From: Nanobdellota archaeon
Lineage (GTDB): Archaea > Nanobdellota > Nanobdellia > Woesearchaeales > JAHWHD01
Reading direction: 5' to 3'
Length of the DNA: 44,457 nucleotides
Assembly: GCA_034722435.1 (NCBI GenBank)
Contig: JAYENX010000015.1
Location: forward strand, 1-44,457
Shown here: piece after piece, positions 1 through 10,119 of the stretch
Position numbering within the stretch: the stretch's first letter is position 1
Layout: every line of letters begins with the position of its first letter
Notes under the pieces: generated by a model
Told to the model about the DNA's origin: nothing
The model's database searches: none
What the model saw: only the letters and a program-made list of their open reading frames with translations
Position numbers and translations under genes: made by a program

Positions 1-520
1 CCTTCAACTCTTTAAGAATTTCAAAATACTCGTCAGTACTCGTACCAATAACCCCTCCATAACCAACATCTAAAGCTTTCCATTTCCCAAAACTAGCCAC
101 AACCAAATCTGCAAATGCACCATTACAAAGCGGAGTACCAATACAACCTGAACAGTCCATGATAGCTAAAGCTTTGGATTTATTTGTTGCAAGTAAATGT
201 TTTATGTTCCATTCCTGTTTAAGACAATATCCTGCTACTTGCGTAAATAATACTGCACAAACATCTTCATCAAACAACTGTTTATAATCAACAATAACTC
301 CGTCTTTAGTTTTTATCTTTCTAATCTCAAGCCCGGCTTTTTTGGCAAGTTTTTCATAACTAAGCCATCCACCTTGGTCTTGAACAAGAACAACCTTTTT
401 TCCATTAACCTTTTTAGCAAGTTTCAGAACCATAAGTATAGCTGAGTTACACCTATTCACAAGAATATTGTGCACAGTGCCTGTAGCACCCTCTAACAAT
501 TGATTCAATTCTTCATTCAT
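1..520 (-). CDS. PLP-dependent aminotransferase-like protein (DegT/DnrJ/EryC1/StrS-type fold), truncated by window start
   Basis: Manual translation from ATG at 520: MNEELNQLLEG...MDCSGCIG...SFGKWKALDVGYGGVI; resembles the DegT SF..K....GG motif; open to base 1. Confidence 0.6.
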   Translation of the reverse strand, partial: MNEELNQLLEGATGTVHNILVNRCNSAILMVLKLAKKVNGKKVVLVQDQGGWLSYEKLAKKAGLEIRKIKTKDGVIVDYKQLFDEDVCAVLFTQVAGYCLKQEWNIKHLLATNKSKALAIMDCSGCIGTPLCNGAFADLVVASFGKWKALDVGYGGVIGTSTDEYFEILKELK

Positions 521-626
521 ATTTTTCTAGTTACAATCATCCTATAAAAATCTAACCCTAAGAGACACTTTACACAAACCCCTAAAAAACAAATAATTTA
601 TAAACCTGGAAACATAAAAACACTCC

Positions 627-1016
627 ATGAACAAGGTAAAAACATTCTTCCTTACATACGCATTTCTTATAGCTGTTGTATTTATTGTAATATTATTATT
701 ATCTACATCACACATTTATCAACCAGATTCAATCTGCCAATTAGACACCGGTTTTAGTTGCAGAGATGTCCAGCTTACACCTACAGGAATAACTTTCCAG
801 CTATATAATGAACAAGATTCTGATGCAAATATGAAAACGATTGCAGTGATTGGGGATAAACTAAGTTGCAATCCAGATTCAGCAAATATTCTTGCAAAAA
901 CATCTCAACTTATTACTTTAACATGCACTAAGAAACCCGCAAATTCATACGATGCAAAGATTTCAATCACTTACAATTCTGAAAAAACAATCTCAGGACG
1001 GCTTATAGTGAAATGA
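627..1016 (+). CDS. Membrane-anchored, pilin-like secreted protein (DPANN type)
   Basis: N-terminal hydrophobic helix, C-x6-C (CQLDTGFSC), further Cys residues, C-terminal SGRLIVK. Confidence 0.45.
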   Translation: MNKVKTFFLTYAFLIAVVFIVILLLSTSHIYQPDSICQLDTGFSCRDVQLTPTGITFQLYNEQDSDANMKTIAVIGDKLSCNPDSANILAKTSQLITLTCTKKPANSYDAKISITYNSEKTISGRLIVK

Positions 1017-1504
1017 CTTACTACGACGATATAGCTGAAGGATATAACGAACTTCATAGAGCTGAGCAGATGAAAAAGCTCAAGATTATCAAAAACGAAT
1101 TAAACATAATAAAAAAGCATAAACTTCTCGACATTGGCTGCGGCACAGGTTTCAGTTTTGACGTTTTTGACTGCAAACTATTCGGTATCGACCCTTCTTT
1201 AGAACTAATTAAACAAATACCTGTAGGGAAAGTTATTACTAAAGTCGCATCAGCAGAAAAGTTACCTTTCCCCTATAAATTCTTTGACATAATAATATCT
1301 GTCACCGCTATCCAAAACTTTAACGATGTTGACAAAGCCCTTGAAGAAATCAAAAGAGTATCAAAACCTAAAGTTCAAATCGCAATTTCTTGTTTAAAGA
1401 AAAGTACAAAACTTAAAGATATAAAACAGAAAATTCTTAACAATTTCACTCTTCTGAAAGAGATTGAAGAAGATAAAGATTTGATTTGGATTCTATCAAT
1501 TTAA
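1013..1504 (+). CDS. Class I SAM-dependent methyltransferase
   Basis: LLDIGCGTG motif I, GIDPS, AEKLPF, FDIIIS. Confidence 0.85.
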   Translation: MTYYDDIAEGYNELHRAEQMKKLKIIKNELNIIKKHKLLDIGCGTGFSFDVFDCKLFGIDPSLELIKQIPVGKVITKVASAEKLPFPYKFFDIIISVTAIQNFNDVDKALEEIKRVSKPKVQIAISCLKKSTKLKDIKQKILNNFTLLKEIEEDKDLIWILSI

Positions 1505-1523
1505 TACTTATTCAGCTAATATG

Positions 1524-1632
1524 AAAACCTTGCCTAACTCGGCCAGCGAACACGTTATTTATTCGTAAGACAGAAAGATGCATTCGTAATTGATTAAATG
1601 AATAAAACGAATGCTGTGAGCGAGAGGGTTTT
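1524..1632. repeat. Imperfect palindromic element between convergent genes
   Basis: AAAACC(T) at 1524 and GGGTTTT at 1626; GCATTCGT 1580-1587 pairs with ACGAATGC 1607-1614; CTCG 1538 pairs with CGAG 1621. Confidence 0.5.
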
Positions 1633-1665
1633 ATATTGGCCTACTTATTCTATAACTTTAAAAAA

Positions 1666-1692
1666 AATAATAATAATAATAATAATAATAAT
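1666..1692. repeat. (AAT)9 microsatellite
   Basis: Direct reading. Confidence 0.9.
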
Positions 1693-1705
1693 AACTTAAA
1701 AAAAC

Positions 1706-2140
1706 TTAAGAAAGAGTTCCTTGTTCTATTTCCTTTAACCCTGCTTTAATATTCGTTTTAATTTCATCACTAATTTGTAATGTATCTATTTCATCTACTG
1801 AAACCCATTTAAAATCATCATGTTCATCGCTTAATTTAATATTATCCACCTCATCATCTAATTTAACAAAATAAACCAATTCTACTGTGTGACGATTTCC
1901 TTTTTCAGAAATATAAGTAAATATTCTATAAGGGTGTAATGCAATAATTTTAAGATTTACTTCTTCCATAAATTCTCTTTCAAGAGTATCTTTAGGATGG
2001 TCTCCAAAATCAACTTTCCCACCAGGCAATTCATAATAACCAGTCAAATAAGGTTCAGCAGACGACCTTCTAACAACTAAAACTTTGTTATCTTTAACAA
2101 GTAACCCTCCAACAGTTATTTTCTGATATTTTTCAGTCAT
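1706..2140 (-). CDS. Nudix hydrolase
   Basis: Nudix box GGKVDFGDHPKDTLEREFMEEVNL. Confidence 0.9.
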   Translation of the reverse strand: MTEKYQKITVGGLLVKDNKVLVVRRSSAEPYLTGYYELPGGKVDFGDHPKDTLEREFMEEVNLKIIALHPYRIFTYISEKGNRHTVELVYFVKLDDEVDNIKLSDEHDDFKWVSVDEIDTLQISDEIKTNIKAGLKEIEQGTLS

Positions 2141-2218
2141 AAGATTAAACTAATAAATGTACATTATAAATTCTTCTAAAGAAATAAATGAACAAAACCA
2201 ATACAACAATTTAATAAT

Positions 2219-2683
2219 CTAAAACCAATACTCAAACCACGGAGGTTCAGGTTGTCCGTCTCTTTCCATGTCCCTCATGAAATCCTCTTCAGTCTGAAAC
2301 TCACCATATCCATCCGTAGGATAAGAAACTCTTCTACCATCAATCTTAAAATATTTAGGTGTTTGGGCAACAATTTGAGTCTTGGTATTATTATTATTAT
2401 TATTATTATTGTACAACTTCTTACTAGAAAAATAATCTTCCACTACTTGTGCAGGAGACCTTAAATCTGAAATTATTATAGCTGCTGCAGGAGCAGAACT
2501 TGGAAGATTCACAACATTTGCCAAAAGACTAAGACCAACCAGTCCACCTATTAAAATCCTTTTAACCAATCCATTACTAGATTCGTTTCCATTAAAAACT
2601 TTTTTAGGACTTTGTGCTACTCTAGCATCTACAGTTCCTTGACCAGCTGTTGCATACATATTATAATTAGAAAAGCTTATCAA
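2219..2683 (-). CDS. Hypothetical protein with one TM segment and a poly-Asn tract
   Basis: ORF track; hydrophobic ILIGGLVGLSLLANVV; (ATT)8 at 2387-2410 encodes the Asn run; true start may be downstream. Confidence 0.5.
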   Translation of the reverse strand: MISFSNYNMYATAGQGTVDARVAQSPKKVFNGNESSNGLVKRILIGGLVGLSLLANVVNLPSSAPAAAIIISDLRSPAQVVEDYFSSKKLYNNNNNNNNTKTQIVAQTPKYFKIDGRRVSYPTDGYGEFQTEEDFMRDMERDGQPEPPWFEYWF

Positions 2684-2714
2684 TATAAAAAGTTTATTGC
2701 ACTCTGGTGATATA

Positions 2715-3194
2715 ATGCTACAAACATCCTACCCTAGACAAGTTATTTTAATCAGCTCAAGATTAGACAATAAAGATAATATAATGACTGTTTCCTGGCA
2801 CATGCCAGTATCATTTAAACCTGAACTTTACGCATTTTCTATCAGTAAAAAAAGGCACACTTTCGAACTTATTGAACAGAGCAATGTTTTCGCTATAAAC
2901 TTCATCTCTAAAGATCAAGAACAAATCGCTGTCGATGTTGGCACTCATTCAGGTTTTAGAAAGAACAAGTTTGAAATGTTCAAAATAGATAAAGAAGAAT
3001 GCGAACGTATTGACTGCCCTGTCATGAAAGATGCAGTTGCTGTTCTTGAATGTAAAGTTGTTAACAATATAGAGGCTGGCGATCACGTAATCATAATTGG
3101 TGAAGTTCTAAATAGAAAAATAAACACAAAAGAAAGAAGGCTGTTCCAGTCAGGAACTGGAGACAGATTCACAACAACTGTTGAGAAACCATAA
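2715..3194 (+). CDS. Flavin reductase-like FMN-binding protein
   Basis: NIMTVSW, FAINF, GTHSG, LECKV, AGDHVIIIGEV; start moved to ATG 2715. Confidence 0.85.
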   Translation: MLQTSYPRQVILISSRLDNKDNIMTVSWHMPVSFKPELYAFSISKKRHTFELIEQSNVFAINFISKDQEQIAVDVGTHSGFRKNKFEMFKIDKEECERIDCPVMKDAVAVLECKVVNNIEAGDHVIIIGEVLNRKINTKERRLFQSGTGDRFTTTVEKP

Positions 3195-3300
3195 TCTGTA
3201 AGTAATTCTTTAAAACAACAATATTTATATATTATTTATTTAACTGTTTAGACAATTCACAACATATACTAATACTAAATTATAAAGAGAGGTTTGAACA

Positions 3301-3855
3301 ATGGGATATATTGAAGACATTCAAAAAATAAATTCGCTTGCCAAAGAACTTATGGAACACGGCATGGCTACTTCTTTAGACGAAGCTGTTATCAAAGCAA
3401 AAAGTATGTTAAAAAACGATGTACCTCTTGGTAAAGTACCCAATCCAGGGGATACTGCTGAAGAAGAAATCAAAGTTGAAGAGATTAATTCTCAGACTTT
3501 ACAAGAACATGAACGAAAACTTAAAGCTGTAGAAGATAAAAAAGAACCAGATATGACTTGGCAAGAAGCTATGACTAAAAATAATGAGTACATGGTCGGT
3601 ATGCTAAAACAATTTGAATCAGCTCTTAACATGTTCAATAACGAAATGTCTGCAATAAAACGACAAATTTCAGACATAAAAGAGAGCCAAAAGGTTGTAA
3701 ATGTTGTTACTGAAGCAGCAGCTCCTGCTCAACAACCACAGACGCAACAAACACAACAAGTTCCGCAACAAACAGGCCAGTCACATCCTAAAACAGGATC
3801 CTCAGACCCTAGCAAGTTTTCAGTTGAGGATATTTTCTATTGCGGTAATAAATAA
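3301..3855 (+). CDS. Hypothetical coiled-coil protein with Gln-rich linker
   Basis: ORF track, SD GAGG upstream, typical codon usage. Confidence 0.6.
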   Translation: MGYIEDIQKINSLAKELMEHGMATSLDEAVIKAKSMLKNDVPLGKVPNPGDTAEEEIKVEEINSQTLQEHERKLKAVEDKKEPDMTWQEAMTKNNEYMVGMLKQFESALNMFNNEMSAIKRQISDIKESQKVVNVVTEAAAPAQQPQTQQTQQVPQQTGQSHPKTGSSDPSKFSVEDIFYCGNK

Positions 3856-3919
3856 TTTTTTTCTTTTTAGTCACCTTCCAAAATAAGCTTTATATACTTC
3901 TATACATACATCACAGTAT

Positions 3920-4078
3920 ATGAATCAAAAAGCACTTTTTTCAATCGTAAGCATTGCACTAATCTTCATTTTCTTGATACTACAATGGTACGTATTCGCA
4001 CTCGCTATACTGGCTATTGCACTCTGGTACGGTTTTGTTAAACGTAACTGGTTTGACAAGGGCGGATATTGTTTTTAA
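3920..4078 (+). CDS. Small membrane protein (52 aa)
   Basis: MNQKALFSIVSIALIFIFLILQWYVFALAILAIALWYGFVKRNWFDKGGYCF; TTTATATA about 25 nt upstream. Confidence 0.55.
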   Translation: MNQKALFSIVSIALIFIFLILQWYVFALAILAIALWYGFVKRNWFDKGGYCF

Positions 4079-4317
4079 CTTCTGAATATCCTCACTATTG
4101 ATTCAATTTTTAAATTAATTTTAAACATAAAGAACAAAATGAAATCTTCAGATCTTGAAACTTATGTTACACGAAAAAAAGCAGAAAGCCTTGCCCTTGA
4201 GGGGGAGGATGAATAATATTTGTGTTTTGTGCTTTTTTTGTGTCCTAGAAATTCGTCTCGAAAATCCTGCGCAAGCCCAATTCTTTTGAGTCGGGTAAGT
4301 AGGATTTTAGGATTTCA

Positions 4318-4572
4318 ATGACATACTTACTCTGTCCTGACAAATCTTGCAACTTATTCGACCCTGCAACAGCCATCTGCGAACACGGCTGCCCGTATCA
4401 AAATAAACTACAGAAAATCATCAAATGTATTCGCTGTAAAGAACTTATTTACCTCCCTGGAAACCATAGCCCACCACAAAGAATACAACACCTCTGTCCG
4501 GATGGACGAGAGATAGGCCAATTCAGATTAAGCGGCGAGTACCAAATAATATATGAAAAACCTGAAAAATGA
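4318..4572 (+). CDS. Small Cys-rich, possibly Zn-binding protein
   Basis: CPDKSC, CEHGC, CIRC, HLC motifs. Confidence 0.45.
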   Translation: MTYLLCPDKSCNLFDPATAICEHGCPYQNKLQKIIKCIRCKELIYLPGNHSPPQRIQHLCPDGREIGQFRLSGEYQIIYEKPEK

Positions 4573-4629
4573 ATGATTTATTGTAATTTTTAGATATTCT
4601 TATAAACCCCTTCTTAATAAATCCAACAC

Positions 4630-4842
4630 ATGTCATTAGACGAATCAACCAAAATAAATTTATGCATAGTTTTTGCACCCATTGTAACCCCTGTTCTTGG
4701 AATAAACGAAATATATCAACAAGGAAAAAAAGCTATCAACGAATATCGTGGTTTTGATATGGAACGTATAGATTGGAACCATGAAGAAAAACCTTGGCTC
4801 CCGTATTACAGACGAACTTCTCAGTCATCCTACAAAATATAG
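4630..4842 (+). CDS. Hypothetical protein
   Basis: ORF track; TATA-like TTATAAA upstream. Confidence 0.4.
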   Translation: MSLDESTKINLCIVFAPIVTPVLGINEIYQQGKKAINEYRGFDMERIDWNHEEKPWLPYYRRTSQSSYKI

Positions 4843-4921
4843 ACATATAAATCAGAAAACATATAAATGCAATTCTATATAATTAATAAATAATTATTAA
4901 AAAACAAAAAAGAGGGATACT

Positions 4922-6349
4922 ATGTCTAAAAAAACTCCTAAAGAATTATACAAAACACTTAATCCTAAACAAAAAGCTTATGTCAAACTTTCTTTAAGCA
5001 AACCTAAAAACGGAGAATATTTACTCAGTGTTTTCCATATTAAACCTGGAAAAGGCCACAACATTTTACAAGCTGCTTCAGAGGTTGCTGCAGAATCTTC
5101 TACAGGTACAAATTTCAGGGTAATGACTGAAACTCCTTTCTCTAGAGAAATGAACGCTTTAGTCTATAAACTAGACACAAAAAAGAACCTTATCTGGATT
5201 GCATATCCTTGGAGATTATTTGATAGAGTCGGTAATGTACAAAATATATTAACATACATAGTCGGAAACGTTCTTGGCATGAAAGAAGTTTTAGCTCTAA
5301 AACTTTTAGATGTTTGGTTCCCTCCAGCAATGCTAGAACAATACGATGGTCCTAGTTACAATTTAGACGATATGCGAAAATATTTGAAAGTTTACGATAG
5401 ACCTATACTCGGTACAATTGTTAAACCTAAAATGGGCCTCACATCTGCAGAATATGCAGAAGTATGCTACGATTTCTGGGCGGGTGGAGGTGACTTTGTT
5501 AAAAACGACGAACCACAGGCAAACCAAGACTTCTGCCCATATGATAAAATGGTTAAACATGTCAAGAAAGCAATGGACAAAGCTGTTAAAAAAACTGGAA
5601 GAAAAAAAGTACACTCTTTCAATGTTTCAGCACCAGATTTTGATACTATGATCCAAAGATGCGAAATGATAAAAAAAACAGGTTTTGAACCCGGAAGTTA
5701 CGCTTTTTTGATAGATGGCATAACTGCAGGCTGGATGGCTGTTCAAACTCTAAGACGACGTTATCCTAAAGTATTTCTTCATTTCCATAGAGCAGCACAT
5801 GGTGCATTTACACGTCCTGAAAATCCTTTAGGATTCACTGTACTAGTTCTTTCAAAATTTGCAAGACTTGCTGGAGCTTCAGGTATACATACCGGCACAG
5901 CGGGTATTGGTAAGATGCAAGGATCTCCTGCTGAAGACATTGTTGCGGCACACAATATTCAACATTTTAAAGCAAAGGGCCATTTTTTTGAACAAGAATG
6001 GGGCAAGATACCTGCAAAGGATGAAGACGCTATTAACTTAGTCCATCAAGACCTTGCACATCACGTAATTCTTGACGATGACGAATGGAGAGGCATGAAA
6101 AACTGTACACCTATAGTATCAGGTGGTCTTAATCCTACAAAACTTAAACCTTTCATTGATGCCTTGGGAAATGTAGATTTTATTACTACAATGGGTGCAG
6201 GATGCCATGCGCATCCAAAAGGTACAAAGGCAGGCGCAGCTGCTTTAGTTCAGGCATGCGAAGCTTTTATGAAAAGAATAAGTATCGAAGATTACGCAAA
6301 AAAACATAAAGAGCTCGCTCAAGCAATTAAATTTTTTGGCAAAAAGTAA
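4922..6349 (+). CDS. rbcL: Ribulose-1,5-bisphosphate carboxylase, form II/III
   Basis: AAESSTGT, KPKMGL, GGDFVKNDE (carbamylated Lys), HFHRAAHG, HTGTAGIGKM, SGGLNP, MGAG; closely resembles Methanococcoides burtonii form II/III as I recall it, including the C-terminal insertion. Confidence 0.95.
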   Translation: MSKKTPKELYKTLNPKQKAYVKLSLSKPKNGEYLLSVFHIKPGKGHNILQAASEVAAESSTGTNFRVMTETPFSREMNALVYKLDTKKNLIWIAYPWRLFDRVGNVQNILTYIVGNVLGMKEVLALKLLDVWFPPAMLEQYDGPSYNLDDMRKYLKVYDRPILGTIVKPKMGLTSAEYAEVCYDFWAGGGDFVKNDEPQANQDFCPYDKMVKHVKKAMDKAVKKTGRKKVHSFNVSAPDFDTMIQRCEMIKKTGFEPGSYAFLIDGITAGWMAVQTLRRRYPKVFLHFHRAAHGAFTRPENPLGFTVLVLSKFARLAGASGIHTGTAGIGKMQGSPAEDIVAAHNIQHFKAKGHFFEQEWGKIPAKDEDAINLVHQDLAHHVILDDDEWRGMKNCTPIVSGGLNPTKLKPFIDALGNVDFITTMGAGCHAHPKGTKAGAAALVQACEAFMKRISIEDYAKKHKELAQAIKFFGKK

Positions 6350-6507
6350 TTAATTGCCTTTATTTTCTATTTTTTTCAAATTTACCTATTTATTTTATTT
6401 ATATATGCTATTTATAAGTTCTATACTCTACAACCATAAACTTTATATACTGTTGTCATTACTAGGGAATAATTACAAAAATAACCAATTTCGAGGGTGG
6501 TATTAAG

Positions 6508-8973
6508 ATGAAAAAACTATTGCTACTAACAATTTTATTTGTGCTAGCTTTTACTATAAGCGTTAGCGCAGCTAGTAACCTGACAATTACAGATGCTACA
6601 ACTTCCCTTACTGGAAATGTAAGCGAAGCTGTCGTTGGAAGTTTTAAACTTGACAACACAGGCACTGAAGATTTGCAAGGAATTACACTTGGTAAGACCG
6701 AGTTTAAAGGTTTGACTGAAACATTCACAATCCCTGCTGGAAAGATCTCATTCCAACCATCAGGCTACAAATCAGTCTTAAACGACACAGAAACGCCTTC
6801 TTACAATTTTACAATCAACATTCCTAGTAACGCGTTTCAAGACACGTATAAAGGAAACATAACAGCTACCGATACAACCGGAGACCATACTGCTGAGTTT
6901 GAGGTAACACTTCTAGTAAATCCTAACAAGGCTCTTTCAGGAGAAGATGTTACACTTACAATTGTTCAAGGTCTACAGGGTAAAGTAAACCTAACATTAA
7001 CAAATGATGGGAATACAGATGTAGATGTAGCAGCAGACTGGACATTAGGCGATGGCGCAAGCTCAGACTTGGGTAAAGACGCAATCCTTGTACAGGCACC
7101 TGCAAAAGTTAAATACGCAGAATCAGAAAAAGCTTTGATTACAGTTACTGTACCTGAAGACCAAGCAGCTGGAGAATACACAAGCACTATCACTTTCACA
7201 TACGATGGCGAAGAATTCAACCAGACTCTAAAGGTTAATGTACAGACAAAAAATGAAGATGTAACTCTTACAAGTCCTTCAGTAACATGGGCAATAGATG
7301 GTGTATCAACATCCGAAAGTGCTAAGCTAAAGATCACAAACTCAGGTAATGTAGACCTTACAGGTATCACATTATCTCTTGCTGACCTTTTATCAGGCAC
7401 TAACGAGATTTCAAAAAGCAAAGTAAGCTTTAACACTGCAGCTTTTGATCTTGCAAAAGGCGCAGAAAAAGAAGTTACTTTCACTCTATCTGGTGTACTT
7501 GCTGATCAAATTGTTGGCACATATCAAGGAACAATTACAGCTGATTGGGGAACTGATAATAAAACAAGCACATTTACTGCTGTTTTAAGAACTCCTGAGA
7601 AAAAGCTAGAAGTTCCAAGTTCAGTAAGTCTTGGCGATTCATCTTCATTAAGAAACGCTACTTACACAACTACTTTTGATATAACTAACACAGGAGATTA
7701 CGCATTAGGAAACCTTAATGTTTCATCTACTGCAGCTGATAAATATCTTGTAAAGTTTTCAATTGATGGAACTAACTGGTTAACATCATTAAATATGGGA
7801 ACCCTTACTAAATCTACTGCAAAAACATTACATGTACAAGTTTATGCACCTGAATCAATGGACTCAGGCATTGTAGATATAGGTAACATCTTATTTGGAG
7901 CTGACGAAGATTTTACAGCTACTATCGCAGATTTTAAGTTGACTACAAAGTCGTTCTTAATAATTAACGATGCAGAAATATTCATAGATGGCGATGATGA
8001 AAGTCTAGACGACAACGACGTTATTAATGATGTTAAACCTGGCGCTAAGATCAAAATCGAATTTGAACTTAAAAACATGTTCAACGAAGACGACACTGCT
8101 GAAGAAGACATGGACATTGACAATATTGAAGTTACTGTTGAAAGTAAAGACGATATTGGAGATGGCGATGTAGACGAAACCAGTGAAGAAATCGACCTTA
8201 ATCCAGGAGATGACGATAAGGTAACTGTAGAGTTCACTATTGACGATGAAGCTGACGAAGACACTTACGAATTCACTGTCAAAGTAGAGGGTGAAGACAC
8301 GGAAGATTCAAAGCATACAACTGAATGGACCTTTAGTATCAAAGTTGAAAAGGACGATCACGACATCGACATTGCTAAAGCAGAACTTCAAGATTCAACA
8401 CTTTCTTGCCTAAGAGATACAAGACTTAACATCTTGATTAGAAATCTTGGCCAAGATGATGAAGATGAAGTACGTCTAAAAGTACTTAGCCCTGTTCTTG
8501 GCATCAACATCGATAATAGAGACATTGAACTTAGTAACGATGTGGGAGACGACGATAATGAGTACAGTTTTTCAGTACCTGTTACACTTAGTGATGACTT
8601 TACAGAAGGAACATACAAGATTACTGTAGAAACCTTTTATGAAGACACTAAAAGTTCAGATGATAAAGATGTTGTACTTACAGTTGGAAAATGTTCTTTA
8701 GACAGTCCAAGTTCATCTTCAAACGATGACGATGATGATGCAGATACTGGTTCAATAGTTATCCAGACACCTACACAAGGTTCAGCATCAACACCTTCAA
8801 CACCAACAGTTCCAAGCACACTAGCACCTTCTGTCACAGTTACAGAAACTACTGCTGCAAGTTTTAGAAATTCAAACATTTACATCGGATTACTATTAGT
8901 TGCCGTTATCGTAGTAGCAATTGCAGTTGTAATGCTTGCAACCAAAGGTTTTGGACCTAAGTACAAATATTAA
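6508..8973 (+). CDS. Putative S-layer/cell-surface protein with Ig-like (CARDB-like) repeats
   Basis: Signal peptide, repeated beta-rich N.G..D units, acidic domain, Ser/Thr/Pro linker, C-terminal TM anchor. Confidence 0.65.
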   Translation: MKKLLLLTILFVLAFTISVSAASNLTITDATTSLTGNVSEAVVGSFKLDNTGTEDLQGITLGKTEFKGLTETFTIPAGKISFQPSGYKSVLNDTETPSYNFTINIPSNAFQDTYKGNITATDTTGDHTAEFEVTLLVNPNKALSGEDVTLTIVQGLQGKVNLTLTNDGNTDVDVAADWTLGDGASSDLGKDAILVQAPAKVKYAESEKALITVTVPEDQAAGEYTSTITFTYDGEEFNQTLKVNVQTKNEDVTLTSPSVTWAIDGVSTSESAKLKITNSGNVDLTGITLSLADLLSGTNEISKSKVSFNTAAFDLAKGAEKEVTFTLSGVLADQIVGTYQGTITADWGTDNKTSTFTAVLRTPEKKLEVPSSVSLGDSSSLRNATYTTTFDITNTGDYALGNLNVSSTAADKYLVKFSIDGTNWLTSLNMGTLTKSTAKTLHVQVYAPESMDSGIVDIGNILFGADEDFTATIADFKLTTKSFLIINDAEIFIDGDDESLDDNDVINDVKPGAKIKIEFELKNMFNEDDTAEEDMDIDNIEVTVESKDDIGDGDVDETSEEIDLNPGDDDKVTVEFTIDDEADEDTYEFTVKVEGEDTEDSKHTTEWTFSIKVEKDDHDIDIAKAELQDSTLSCLRDTRLNILIRNLGQDDEDEVRLKVLSPVLGINIDNRDIELSNDVGDDDNEYSFSVPVTLSDDFTEGTYKITVETFYEDTKSSDDKDVVLTVGKCSLDSPSSSSNDDDDDADTGSIVIQTPTQGSASTPSTPTVPSTLAPSVTVTETTAASFRNSNIYIGLLLVAVIVVAIAVVMLATKGFGPKYKY

Positions 8974-9016
8974 TTTTTTTATTTTTTAACCTTTTTCTAA
9001 TAAACAATTTTCGGTT

Positions 9017-9604
9017 CTAATAATTTCTAAAGAATTCTTTTAACTTTTCAATCTTAGCCCAATTAATATTCAATTTATAATTTGCAAACCTGATCATTTC
9101 TCTAACATAATAGGCACTAATCAACAGCTTCGCATCATAATACACAGGAATATCCATTCTTTCAGAACCCACTATTTCTACCAATATTTTCTTATTAGTT
9201 GATTGTATACCTGATCTTCTAAACCCTGAATTTCTTGCAAAATCAACCAGTTTCTGTGCATTCTCCAGACTATCACAAGCAACATGAAGTATCGCAGCCT
9301 CCATCCTAAACCAAACCTCATCACCTTCACTCAACTTTTCAATATTACTCACAGTCTCTAAAGTTTTTAACAATTCAGAGTATTCAACAATATCATGACT
9401 TACAAATAACCATAGATTTTCATTTTTTCTCCCAGATTCAGCAATATTCTGTAATACGACCCTCCCTGAACATGAAGATGTTGTATAGAAATGTTCATTA
9501 TTATTAATACAATCTACTAATTTAAGGATCTTAGAATCAATACTAGCTTTAACCGATTTATCAATCTTATCTAGACACACTTTTTTATTATTTTGAAAAT
9601 TCAT
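9017..9604 (-). CDS. taw3: tRNA wybutosine-synthesis methyltransferase TYW3/Taw3
   Basis: YTTSSCSGRV, ILHVAC, SGFRRSGI; start set at MNFQ (9604). Confidence 0.9.
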   Translation of the reverse strand: MNFQNNKKVCLDKIDKSVKASIDSKILKLVDCINNNEHFYTTSSCSGRVVLQNIAESGRKNENLWLFVSHDIVEYSELLKTLETVSNIEKLSEGDEVWFRMEAAILHVACDSLENAQKLVDFARNSGFRRSGIQSTNKKILVEIVGSERMDIPVYYDAKLLISAYYVREMIRFANYKLNINWAKIEKLKEFFRNY

Positions 9605-9608
9605 TTTA

Positions 9609-10085
9609 TCAGTTTGATCTGATATACAAAACTTTTTCTTTTGTTTCAGGCACATCTTCCTCTATAAGAGAATCTAAACCTTGACCTATTTGAACTGTAA
9701 TAAATTTTTGCGTATAACAATCTAACACTTTATCGTAGGGAATTGATGCCAATGATGCTCTCCCGGTAACACTTACATTTAAACCTGACACCGCACTATC
9801 TCCAAAATAAAGGTGAGTCATAGTAAACAAAGTTTTTTGATTTATGAATAAACCTGGAAATATTTGTCTGAATTTAGCATCCATAATCGCTTTTCTAAGA
9901 GTATTTTCTTTCTTTACTGGAAGAAACATATAAGTTTTATCTTGTTCGCCCACTTCAACAGGTTTAATCTGACTAGTGTCAACATGTAATAAAGTGTTCA
10001 TAGATTCAATATTAAGGTCATATAAATCCCATCCCCGTTCATGTATCAACTTTACTAAGTCTCTATTAGATTTCTCATCAAACAT
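9609..10085 (-). CDS. Hypothetical protein
   Basis: ORF track; apparently co-transcribed with taw3. Confidence 0.55.
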   Translation of the reverse strand: MFDEKSNRDLVKLIHERGWDLYDLNIESMNTLLHVDTSQIKPVEVGEQDKTYMFLPVKKENTLRKAIMDAKFRQIFPGLFINQKTLFTMTHLYFGDSAVSGLNVSVTGRASLASIPYDKVLDCYTQKFITVQIGQGLDSLIEEDVPETKEKVLYIRSN

Positions 10086-10119
10086 AATATACTAGAACAA
10101 GGCCTACATATTTAAAGAT

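Noticed and set aside
4139-4216. 25-aa ORF MKSSDLETYVTRKKAESLALEGEDE
   Set aside because: Too short, with no motif or clear promoter.
6462-8879. Antisense ORFs within the S-layer-like gene, and similar shadow ORFs in RuBisCO, aIF2gamma and ubiB
   Set aside because: Low-complexity reverse-frame products of real genes, with no motifs or promoters.
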